DNA from: the human T2T-CHM13v2.0 reference genome, Homo sapiens
Strand: one strand, 5' to 3'
Length of the DNA stretch: 64,000 nucleotides
Assembly (NCBI RefSeq): GCF_009914755.1
Contig: NC_060948.1
How positions within the stretch are numbered: position 1 is the first letter of the stretch; the number at the start of each line of letters is the position of its first letter. A program made the translations under genes and the position numbers. Under the pieces are notes generated by a model. It did not search any database, was not told the origin of the DNA, and saw only the letters and a program-made list of their open reading frames with translations. Positions 47,741 to 64,000 of the stretch are shown one piece after another.

Positions 47741-48412
47741 AATCACGATCCGCAGCTCAGAATATGAATGGGCAGGAGGCCTGAGAAGGCAGATTCTTTT
47801 CTTTTCCTAATCTATGAGGCTGTATAATGAGAATTAAGTTGGCCCTGAGCTCAGACACAGAACAGGCCTGAGGGAAAGGCTCACACAGTCCTTCCTTCTG
47901 CACAGAAGAGTGACCACCTAACACAGTACCCAGTTGCCCCTGAGGACCTTTATAGTTCAAAGTGATCTTCCTGTCCTTGTGTCTATTTTCTGGTATTTCC
48001 TCTTTCATGCGGAAGCTTATGTGCCCTATGCTGTAGAGGACATCATCTTCCAGTTCTAATATGAACATTCTGGTTCCATCACAGTAGAGAAATGGGTTGC
48101 ATTGTCTCTCTTCAAGACAAAGAGAAGGGAAAAGCCATGAGCACAATGTCCAAAGTTGTGTGTTCAGGTGGCAAGTGGAGGAAGAGCATCACCATGCCAA
48201 GGCAGCAGAAGGACAACTGAAGGTGAAAGTTTCTGCAGAGGAAACAAGGAAGCTTAGGGATTCCCAGTGGAAATCTTTCTTCCCATGTGTAGAACCCTGA
48301 TTTGAAGGCCAGTTCCTCTTGTCCCAATGTGAAATGAACCTGTGACCATCCTCATTTCAGCCTTATTACTAATTGCACAGGCAAACATGAGTGTTCGACG
48401 GTTTTAAAAAAT

Positions 48413-48447
<35 letters not shown>

Positions 48448-48472
48448 AAGTAAGGTAAAACAGACAACTCAC

Positions 48473-48588
48473 CTCCAGAGAAATGAGTCTTTAAGTTCCT
48501 TTTTCCTTCTGGCCCCATGACCTCTGCTCAAGCAGAGTTCAGAATGCATGCTCCCTATAGTCTCGGAGAAGTAGAAAATATTGCATCC
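48473..48588 (-). pseudogene. PRY: PRY pseudogene, middle coding exon
   Basis: GCNIFYFSETIGSMHSELCLSRGHGARRKKELKDSFLWR versus recalled PRY GCNILYFSETTGSMCSELSLNRGLEARRKKDLKDSFLWR. gtgagt donor at 48472-48467. Acceptor reads AT, not AG. Confidence 0.9.
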
Positions 48589-50289
48589 ATAGAAAGTAAC
48601 AAAATTTAGGAAGATAATAAGAAAATTTAGAGATTAGGAAAAACAGTTTGAAATTCTCTTAAAATGTGTAAGTCTGAAAAAAAATGGAAGACAGAATCTA
48701 AAAATTATTTCAAAACCATACACAATTAAAAAAATAAACCACAAGAAAAGTGGTTAGCTCTCTGGGAGATTAGTCCCAGATTTGCAGTAGTGAAATAGCA
48801 TTTGACATGTAAAAACCCAGGGAGGCAGTTATGAAAGCCCTTGGAATGACAGCTCAATCCCAGGCCTAGAGAGATATTGGTTGGGTGGGAACAGGAAAAA
48901 GGAAGGCATCCAGCAGTGACTTTTCAGATGGGAGGTTAGAAATGAGGGAAGATATTAAGGATGTGATAAAAGGAGACAATTTAATTTTAAATAGAAAGAA
49001 GAAAAGGCAATAGAAACTCCAAGAAAATAGAAAGCTAAAGAAAAAATATGTGTATACCCATAGAATACCAAGACATGTATGGGAATTCACAGTACTAATA
49101 TACTTCCTACAAGAGGAAAGTCACAAGATTCTATTGTATTGGATCAACAAGATGTATATCTAAATATTTATACTCTACAGTTACTTACAACGTCAATGAT
49201 AACTAAGAAAGAAACTAAAATCATCATATTCCTACCATTGGCTGAGGGTGGAGGAAAGGTGGGAGTCTAAGAAACTCAGTCTTCCTCTGTTGTACCTGGT
49301 TGTTAACAGGTAGTTCAGGGGACTAGGGTGAGGTGCACATGGTGGCAGCTCCTTCTGTGTAACTCTTGCCTCACCTCTGTATTTTTCAGTCATGTGCATA
49401 TATTTTTTATTTTCAAAATAAAATATATGAGAAATAATATATGGTATCAGAGACTCTAGGAATAGTCTCTGTTCCAGCTGTCCTGGTTCCAAGTCTAATG
49501 AAGCACCACAGATTCCAGCAGAAAATCCTGGCTCTACCCACACTTCCACTCCCTCAAATGAGACCCAAGTAATCACCAGATACAGCTGAAAAACTCAAGA
49601 TCTGTCCAAAGCAGATCCACATGTAGACATCACCAAGGGTATCAATAGACACAACCACAGAGGTGTCTGCAGTGTGCATCATGAAGTCCAGCCCCTAACT
49701 TTAGACCAACTTCCCAGTCTGGAAGGAAATTTCCTTAGAGGATGCCAGTGCTAGTGGCATCAGCCACGACTCAGGTGCAGCCATGGAGTGGTCCAGCATG
49801 TTACTGTAAGCAGCCAGAGGGCAGAGGAAAGGAGCAAGAAAGATGAGAGGGAGGGTGGCAACATCATGGGTGGGCCCCTACTGGTATATCTCACTACCCT
49901 ACAGTGGCCTGGGGGACACAAAGAACACGATATTTTGATGGGCAGAGGCTCTCTCAGGCCAGAGCAGTAGGACTTGGAAAGAAACTGAAGCCAAGCTGAG
50001 GAATGAGGTTTCCTGTTTCAATTTGACCACTCGTGGCTGTGGATCCCAGGATATCACAAATTGCAATGCCTTTCCCATTTTCTCTGTGGCTGCAAACACT
50101 TGGGTCAGGCTCTCATTGACCTGGCGCCCTTGAGGCACTTAATAAAGCCTATTACTTGAAACTGATAATACATTAGCACTTTATTTACTATGACTTTCAA
50201 TGAAGTATTGTTCTCCAGTATTGAAAATAGGAAAACGATTAACAAGAGCTTGATAGTTACGTGAATAAACAATGGTTGATCCTAAAGAA

Positions 50290-50500
50290 CAATTAGGCAG
50301 CACTTGATAATAAACAGTTGGTATTTCATGTATGCTCACTGTGTCTCAATGGTACTCTTAGGCTTTTGATAACCACCCCCACTTAATCTTTGCAACAATC
50401 CCCATGGCAGGTCCTGGCACCATCCCTATTTTAGAGGTGAGAAGTCACGTGAACCCACCAAGGGTCACACACTTGGGCAGTGCAGGATCTAAATATAAGC
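50290..50500. mobile_element. MIR-like SINE remnant
   Basis: CACTTAATCTTTGCAACAATCCC...CATCCCTATTTTAGAGGTGAGAA...AAGGGTCACACAC is the MIR core. Confidence 0.6.
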
Positions 50501-51096
50501 AGGCAAAAGAGGTGCCAAGAAAGATGATAATATCCTAATGGTAGGTGGAAAGGAGGAGAAAAAGTACACACGATGTGAAGGCCAGACAAGACATAGGCCA
50601 GCCCCAAATGTAGACCAGATCCACAGCTGGCCAGCCTTCACTTTTCTTATCTTAAAGGATCCTCCTCATCAAAGGAAGATCACAGAGTGCAGGGAGTGTG
50701 CTCAAAAAAGTACTGATATGAAGCAGAAACATGAGAAAAGAGAAACCAAAAAAAAAGCTAAAAATAAACACACCAGAATTACAGCTGGGTTTGTCTTTAG
50801 GTGACAGGCCCACAAGTGTCTTTTTCTAAGTCTGTTTTCTCCATTCTCCAAAATAGACATAAATTCAGGTGATGAGTCAGGCTGCAGGAGTAAGCATACG
50901 ATCAGAGAAAACTGCTCCCCAAACCTGGCCCCTGGCCTGGGCTCCTGGCTGGTGGCTTCCCCTTCCCTGGGGTCTGTCCTTATCCCAGAGACAGAGCCCT
51001 GTCATCTCGACACCCATTCCATGCCCTAGTCACCCATAAAGAGTAGAGGGGAACTGAACAGGCGAAATGGTCTCGTGGCCCATGGGATGACAGTAC

Positions 51097-51283
51097 CTGG
51101 CAGTCAGTGCCATTCAAATTGTCTTGTCTCCAGGAAAGTCCAAGCCCAAGTCCTTGAGTGTTGTCTTGGGACTGTGGAGGCCCATTTTATTCATGTCCCT
51201 CTAAAAGAGATCAGATGGAAGAAGAAGTTTTGTGGGACTCTGAGGCCCAGCCTTCTTCCCAGCAGGTAAAGCAGGCCTGCTGT
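51097..51283 (-). pseudogene. PRY: PRY pseudogene, first coding exon
   Basis: Minus strand GGGCTTGG...TCCTGGAGACAAGACAATTTGAATGGCACTGACTGCCAG|GT = SWRQDNLNGTDCQ, as in PRY MGATGLGFLLSWRQDNLNGTDCQ. No ATG at the expected start. Upstream acceptor ttttccag is tentative. Confidence 0.85.
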
Positions 51284-51376
51284 CTGGAAAATGCTGTCAC
51301 CACAGGGCCACCCCAATATTCTTTGTTTATCTCTTATCCTGTCTTTGGTCCAAACCAAATACCCATAATTACTAAC

Positions 51377-51961
51377 TGGAAAAGAGAGTTTCTGGGGTGC
51401 CAGTTGAGTTGGTCACCCCTGTGTGAGAAACCCATGGGGAGCCATGGGCAGCCTCTGAGTAGAAAAGTCTCCTTATTGCCTTCACGTATTTATGCCCCGA
51501 GTGCATAACTGCTCAGCAGTATTCCACAGGTTGCTCAGGGAGATAACACTCCCTTGAAGCAATGGAGTATAATCAAACATCTTGGCTCCTCCTGAAACCA
51601 GCTCCCACCCGTTTCAGTCCCGATAAGTTACAGATCTTAAGTAGGTTAGACACACACTTTTGCTCAAGGAAATTCACAGAAACCGCCAGTGCCAAACATC
51701 TTACTGAATGGCTCAGGAGTTCTCCTTCTCTGATTAATCCTTTTCCTCATCCATTTCTCCCCCTCCCAGCTGCCCTGAGAACAAAGAGCTTGTAAACCAA
51801 TAAATTGGGTGAAGCCCAAGAGCAATGGGCCATGAGCAAGCCTTCAATGCTCTGGTCCTCTAGATGCACCTTTTAAATGTTTATTCTCTCTCTTTCTAAT
51901 TCCTTTGTCTCCTCCAGACTCAGGGTACCCACTGGGTGGTGTGGGACTGGTTTCCCCAACA
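51377..51961 (+). mobile_element. Solo LTR, LTR14C (HERV-K14C)-like, ~585 bp
   Basis: GAAAAGAGAGTTTCTGGGGTGCCAG...CCAATAAATTGGG...GGTTTCCCCAACA. 5-bp TSD CTAAC at 51372-51376 and 51962-51966. Confidence 0.8.
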
Positions 51962-52297
51962 CTAACCTCGGACATTCCAAATATTGATGCTTGTATTGTC
52001 TCTCGAATCAACTCAACAAGCCCTCCTCTGGTAACACAATAGCCTTTTCTCTAGCAAAGAACTGAACCTACCATACAGTGACCCTGAAATGCAGACAGGC
52101 AGACACAACCCTGCTTGGGCCTGTCCTGAGCCTCAGATCTCTGGTTTCAATGATCTCACAGCCAGCTGATTGAAAGGGACGGGGAAGTGTGTGGAGGAAG
52201 CACTCTCCACACGACTGCACTCCAGCCTGGGTGACAGAATGAGTCTCCGTCTCAAAAAAAAAAAAAATACCTTTAAAAATGCATCCTATTTTTTCCT

Positions 52298-58490
<6,193 letters not shown>

Positions 58491-58609
58491 AAAAATGCAT
58501 CCTATTATGTTCATTTCATGTGTACGACATATGCTATGGGATACATATTGATATTTCAAGGCTACTATACTGGAACAAATTAACATATTTCTAATCTCAC
58601 ATAGTTACT

Positions 58610-58820
58610 GCTATAGTTTGGATATTTGCCTTTACAAACTTTATGCTGAAATTTGATCCCCAGTGTTGGAGGTGAGGTTGAGTGGGAGATGCTCGGGTCA
58701 TGGGGGTGGATACTTTGTGAAAAGCTTGGTGTCATTCTTGTGATAAGGAGGGAGATCTTTTTTTTATTAGCTTTTGAGAACTCATTAAAAAAAAAAGCCT
58801 GGCACCACCCTCCCTTCTGT
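58610..58820. mobile_element. ERVL-MaLR LTR fragment (MST-like)
   Basis: TGCTATAGTTTGGATATTTG...GAAATTTGATCCCCAGTGTTGGAGGTG...GGGTCATGGGGGTGGAT. Confidence 0.75.
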
Positions 58821-59415
58821 TGCATATATGTGATTATAAATATTTTTCTTTCTGTGTCTGGTTTATTTCACTTAGCATAGTTTCCTCCAAGCTCCTCCAT
58901 GGTTTGGCAAATGGCAAGATCTCATTCTTGTTTAGGGCTAAGTAATATTTCTTTGTACTGGACAATAAGGCTTTTTCCATATTTCAGCTATTATTAATAA
59001 TGCTGCGATGAACATGAGAGTGCAAATATCTCCATGAGTTAGGGATTTCCTTTGGTTATATGTCTAAAGGAAGAGTTGTTGAGACATAAGGTAGTTTTAT
59101 TTTTAATTTTCCAGAAACCTCCATACCAACTTTTATAACTGCTACCCATTACCAGCAACACTCTACATGAGTTTCATTTTCTGTACATCCTAGCCAACCT
59201 TTGTGATCTTTTGAGTTTTTAATAATAGCTTTCCTGATGTGAGTTATGTAACGCCTCAAAGTACCTTTGATTTAAATTTTTTCTGATGATTAATGATTTT
59301 GAATGTTTCAAATACCTGTTGCCCATTTTTATATGTTCCTTGGAGAAATGTCAATTCAGAGCTTTTGCTCAGCTTTTAATATGTTTATTTGTTTTGCTGC
59401 TGTTGAGTTGTACAA

Positions 59416-59996
59416 TGTTGGGGAAAACAGTCGCACAACACCCGGCAGGTACTTTGAGTCTGGGGGAGACAAAGGAGTTAGAAAGAGAGAGAATAAGCAC
59501 TTAAAAGGCGGGTCCAGGGGGCCCGAGCATCGGAGGGTTGCTCATGGCCCACAGTTGTCAGGCTCCACCTAATTAAATGGTTTACAAGCTCTTTGTTCTT
59601 AGGGTAGATGGGAGGGGGAGGAAGGAATGAGGAAAAGGATTAATCCGTGAAGGAGAACTGGTGAGTCATTGAATTCTTATAGCACTGGCGGTTTCTGTGA
59701 ATTCCCTTGAGCAAAGGCGTGTGTCTAAACTACTTAAGATCTCTAATTTATTAGGACTGAAACGGGTGGGAGCAGGTTTCACGAAAAGCCAAGAGGTTTG
59801 ATTATACTCCACTGCTTCAAGGGAGTTTTATCTCCCTGAGCAACCAGTGGAATGCACTGCGCCGTTGTGCTCTCAGCAATAAAGACATGAAGGCAATACG
59901 GAGATTTGCTCCTCAGAAGCCGCCCATGGCTCCCCATGGGTGTCTCACACGGGGCAGATAAAATCAACTGGCACCCCAGAAACTTTCTTTCCCACA
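59416..59996 (-). mobile_element. Solo LTR, LTR14C (HERV-K14C)-like, ~581 bp
   Basis: Reverse complement of the 51377-51961 family (TGTGGGAAAGAAAGTTTCTGGGGTGCCAG...CCCCAACA). 5-bp TSD TACAA at 59411-59415 and 59997-60001. Confidence 0.82.
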
Positions 59997-61366
59997 TACA
60001 AGTCCTTCATAAATTTTAGATCTTAACCCATCATCAGATACATAGCTTGAAAATATTTTCCCCAATATTTTGGCTATTGTATTCGGTCGATTGGTTCCTT
60101 TACTGTGCAAAAGTTTTTCATTTGATGTAGTCTTGCTCATTTGTTTTTCTTTATGTGGACTGAGTTTTTAATATGATATTCAAAATAATTATTACCGAGG
60201 CCATCACTCATGAGCTTTTTTCTATGTTCTCTTCTAGATGTTTTAGAGGTTGCAGTCTTACATTTAGGATTTTCCAACTCATCTTCAGTTGATTTTTGTG
60301 TATGATGTAAAATGTGAATCCAATTTTGTTCTTCTGCATGTGGAAATCTAGTTCTCCCAGCACTACTCATAGTAAAGATGATCTTCTTCTCATGTTATCA
60401 TTTTGCTGCAGATTTCAAAAACTAATTGACTATATATGCTTGGATGTATTTCTCGATTCTCTGTTCTGCTCATTTGGCTATGTTTCTGTGTTCATGCCAA
60501 TTTCAAATAAGGTGGTGTGGTTCTTCCTACTTCTTTTTTCTTTCTCAACAATGTTTTCACAATTTATGGCTCTCTATATAGCTATACAAGTTTTATATTT
60601 TGTTTTCTATTTCTGTGAAGAATGCTATTGAAATTTTGATTGAATAGCATTGAATCTGTGTATTGCTTTTGATGCTATAAATACTTTAACAATATTAATT
60701 CTCCCAATCCATAAGCATAGACAATCTTTCCAATTATTTTTGTCTTCTTAAATTGATTTTATCAATGTCTCATAGTTTTCAATGGAGAGATCTGTTACTT
60801 TCTGGTTACCTTTTTTTTAAGTATTTAATTTCTTTGATATGCTTATAAGTCAGACGAGTTTCTTGAATTCTTTTTCAGTTAGGTAATTATTTGTACAATG
60901 ACATTACCAAATCTGTTCATTGGTTCTAACACTTTCTTAAATAGAATATTTGAGCTGTTTTTACATATAGGAGATTGTCATCTGCAAAGAGAGAATACTT
61001 TACTTATTGCTATAAAATTTGGCTGCCTTTTATTTTTTATTTTTTGTCATCAGATGTTTATGTTCCCTATTTGATTTGTTTCTGTTTTAATTGTTATTTT
61101 ATTCATTGTGCTAACTTTGAATTTAATTGTTTTTCCTTCCAGTTTCTTAGATACAATGAGATGTTGCTTATTTGGTATCTTTATTTGTTTAATGTGTGGA
61201 TTTATTGCTGTAATCTTGCATCATAATGCTGCTTCACTGCACACCATAGGTTTAGGTGTGTTGTGTTTCCACTATTATTTATCTGAAGATATTTATGAAT
61301 TTTTCTTTTTATATTTCGTTTCATCAATTCATTACTTAAGAGCAGTGTTTTAAAAATGTTCATATA

Positions 61367-61664
61367 GGCTGAGGGGCGGTGGCTCACGCCTGTAATCTCA
61401 GCACTTTGGGAGGCCGAGGCGGGCGGATCATGAGGTCAGGAGATCGAGACCATCCTGACTAACACGGTGAAACCCTGTCTCTACTAAAAATATGAAAAAT
61501 TAGCTAGGCGTGGTGATGGGCACCTCCAGTGCCAGCTACTTGGGAGGCTGGGGGAGGAGAATGTCATGAACCTGGGAGGCGGAGCTTGCGGTGAGCCGAG
61601 ATTGTGCCACTGTGCTGCATTCTGGGCAACAGAGCGAGACTCTGTCTCAAAAAAAAAAAAAAAA
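61367..61664 (+). mobile_element. AluY
   Basis: CpG-rich GAGGCCGAGGCGGGCGGATCATGAGGTCAGGAGATCGAGACCATCCTGACTAACACGG and GGCGGAGCTTGC; poly(A) tail. Confidence 0.95.
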
Positions 61665-62820
61665 GTTCAGTATTTGTGACTTTTTTTCAAGATTTCTCCT
61701 CTTACTGATCTTTGGTTTGCTACCATGATGGTCTGAAAAAATATTAAATATGCTTTTAGCAATCTTACTTTGTTAAGACTTGTTTATGGCCTAGTATGTG
61801 GTCTATTTTAGAGAATCTTCCATGTGTGTTACAGCAAAATATATATTCGGCTGTACACTATGAAAAGTTCTGTATATGTCTGTTGGGTTCATTTAGTTAA
61901 AACTAGAATTCCAGTCTGGCATTTTCTTATTAAGTTTCTGTCGAGTTTATCTATTCCTTGTTGTAATTGAGGTACTGAAATTTCCTACAATTATTTTATT
62001 GCCATTTTTTTCTTCATTTCTATTTATATTTGCTTTAAATATTTAGGTGCTCCATTGTTGAGTGCAGATGTATATATATAATTGTTATATCCTGTTGATA
62101 AATTGATTGCTTTATTATTAAATGATGACCTTCTTGGTCTTATGACAGGTTTTGAATTGAAATCTCTTTTATAGATAGGAGTATAGCCACTCCTAATTTT
62201 TTATTACCATTTGCATAGAGGTATCTTCTTCTATTCCTTCACTTTCAGCCTGTTTGTCCTTAAAGATTAGGTGGGTCTCATAGGTAACATGTAGTTGAAT
62301 CCCATTTTTAAAATCCATTTGGTCACTCCACGTCTTTTAATTGCATAATTTAATTCATTTACATTCTAGATAATTATTGATAAGTTCTTACTACTGTTAT
62401 CTTGTTAGTTGTTTCTGATTGAGTCATACATCATTTTTTCCTTTCTTCCTCCCATGAATGCTTTTAAATGTTTAGCATTTAAATATTTTCAGTAGTGATA
62501 AGCTTTGATTCATTTGTTTTTATCATTAGTGTTGCTGCTGTAGTTTTTGATGGTCATCAAAGGCTCAGAGAAAACATCTTATAGTTAATAATCAACTAGT
62601 TTAAGCTGACAACATTTGTCACATAAAAACTCTAGACATTTACCCTCTGTTCCAATTATGTTTTTGACGTCACAATTTATGTCTTCTAATACTGTGTCTT
62701 CCTTAAAAACCTATTGTTGACAAGTCTTTTGCCGAATGATTTCAAGCTCCTCCATTTTTTGTTTATTTTCCCTTAGTGCTTTTAGAATTTTCTTTATTTC
62801 TCAACCTTTGAGAGTTTGCT

Positions 62821-62822
<2 letters not shown>

Positions 62823-62854
<32 letters not shown>

Positions 62855-64000
62855 GCAGCACTTTTATTTTTCCTTACACAATGATATGTTGCTGAGGCCT
62901 AATGTTCTCACATAACAGTAGAAAACAAAAATTTGTTGTCATTTCTTTAAAGAATCAAGAATTTCATACAAAAAACCTTACATAAATTAAAAGGATGAAT
63001 ACATTTACAGGTGTAAATGCAAACTGCTTCCAACTCAAGGCAAGTGACAGCCTACGGTGTTCTGGCAAAAAACATCAGCTAAGAAAGGAAACTGTGTCCT
63101 GTGGTTTGGACTTTCCAGCCCTAACAGACAGGCAGGGCAGACGCAACTGGTTCAGGAGCACTTGCCAGCCTCTAGAGAAATCCCAGCGCAGTCAGCCCTG
63201 ACACATTAATACCCTGCACAGATCAGAGACTGCTGGCCATGCACACTCACCAAGCCACAGACTTGTCTTCCACAAGCACGTTCTTACCTCAGTCACGAAG
63301 TGACCAAGCCACGTGCACTAAAGATTGAACTCAAAGATATGTACACAGTATTAAACGAATACCGAGGGGAACAGTTAACTTGAATACAAGGTCAAAAAAT
63401 CCAGTGCTGACGTCAGATACAAGCTTCAAGGACAATTTCTTTTCAAAGGCTTATTCCAGTTTCATGAGGTTAGCATGAGGTGTATGCATTTGCCAAGGGC
63501 AAATTTATGCTTCTGAATTAACCCATGCAGCAAATGCTACACATCTGCTCGTTCCATTTAGAAGCATTTGTGGTGGACGATGTAGGGGCCTGACTCATCA
63601 TACTCCTGCTTGCTAATCCATGTCTGCTGGAAGGTGACCAGTGAGTTCAGGATGGAGCAACCGATCCACACTGAGAACTTGCGCTCTGGGGGTGCAATGA
63701 TCTTAATCTTCATGGTGCTGGGCGCCAAGGCAGTGATCTCCTTCTGCATCCTGTCAGCAATGCCTGGATACATGGTGGTGCCACCGGATAGTACCGTATT
63801 GGTGTATAGGTCTTTGCGGATGTCCACGTCACACTTCTTGATGGAGTTGATGGTGGTCTGGTGGATGCGGCAAGATTCCATGCACGGGAAGGAAGGCTGG
63901 AACAGCACCTCCGGACACCAGAACCACTCATTGCCAATGGTGATGACCTGGCCATCGGGCAGTTCATAGCTCTTCTCCAGAGAAGAGGAGGATGCAGGGG
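62823..64000 (-). pseudogene. ACTG1: ACTG1 (gamma-cytoplasmic actin) processed pseudogene, 3' part with 3'UTR and poly(A); continues beyond window end
   Basis: [22 protein letters not shown]...[38 protein letters not shown]...IVHHKCF* (stop at 63558). Intronless. ACTG1-type 3'UTR (AGCATTTGCTGCATGGGTTAATT). AATAAA near 62868-62863. T31 tract at 62823-62853. Confidence 0.96.

Larger units (their letters stand above)
58830..62820 (-). mobile_element. Old L1 (L1MA/MB-like) 3' and ORF2 fragments, interrupted by a solo LTR and an AluY
   Basis: TCTTTCTGTGTCTGGTTTATTTCACTTAGCATA, TTGGAGAAATGTCAATTCAG, ATTGAATCTGT and TTGTCATCTGCAAAGAGAGA are antisense L1 motifs. Confidence 0.8.

Noticed and set aside
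63610-63969. Overlapping + strand and alternative-frame ORFs at the window end
   Set aside because: They are antisense or shifted frames of the actin retrocopy.

Overview
This is primate (most likely human) genomic DNA, not prokaryotic, and it carries the gene-fragment signature of Y-chromosome ampliconic euchromatin. From left to right it contains: the 5' half of a minus-strand L1PA inserted into a ~9 kb block of old monomeric alpha satellite; two USP9Y/USP9X pseudo-exons (-), one being the catalytic Cys-box exon; a full-length L1PA3/4 (+) with TSDs; a CDY retro-pseudogene (+); a ~1.3 kb degenerate (CCCTAA)n tract; an ELOC (TCEB1) processed pseudogene (+); a PRY pseudogene with three recognisable exons (-); two more near full-length L1PAs; two inverted HERV-K14C-type solo LTRs; and the 3' part of an ACTG1 processed pseudogene (-) with its poly(A) tail. 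I see no intact protein-coding gene and no convincing new biological system. The best leads are (i) an intact L1 ORF0/antisense promoter aimed at the USP9Y pseudo-exons with a phase-compatible splice donor, (ii) the interstitial telomere-like tract at an LTR truncation point, (iii) a CDY copy with CDYL-like ancestral residues and a chromodomain-only ORF, and (iv) the non-centromeric ancient alphoid block. Family assignments come from recalled consensus and protein sequences, not from a search. Placement in a Yq palindrome (possibly P5) is inference.
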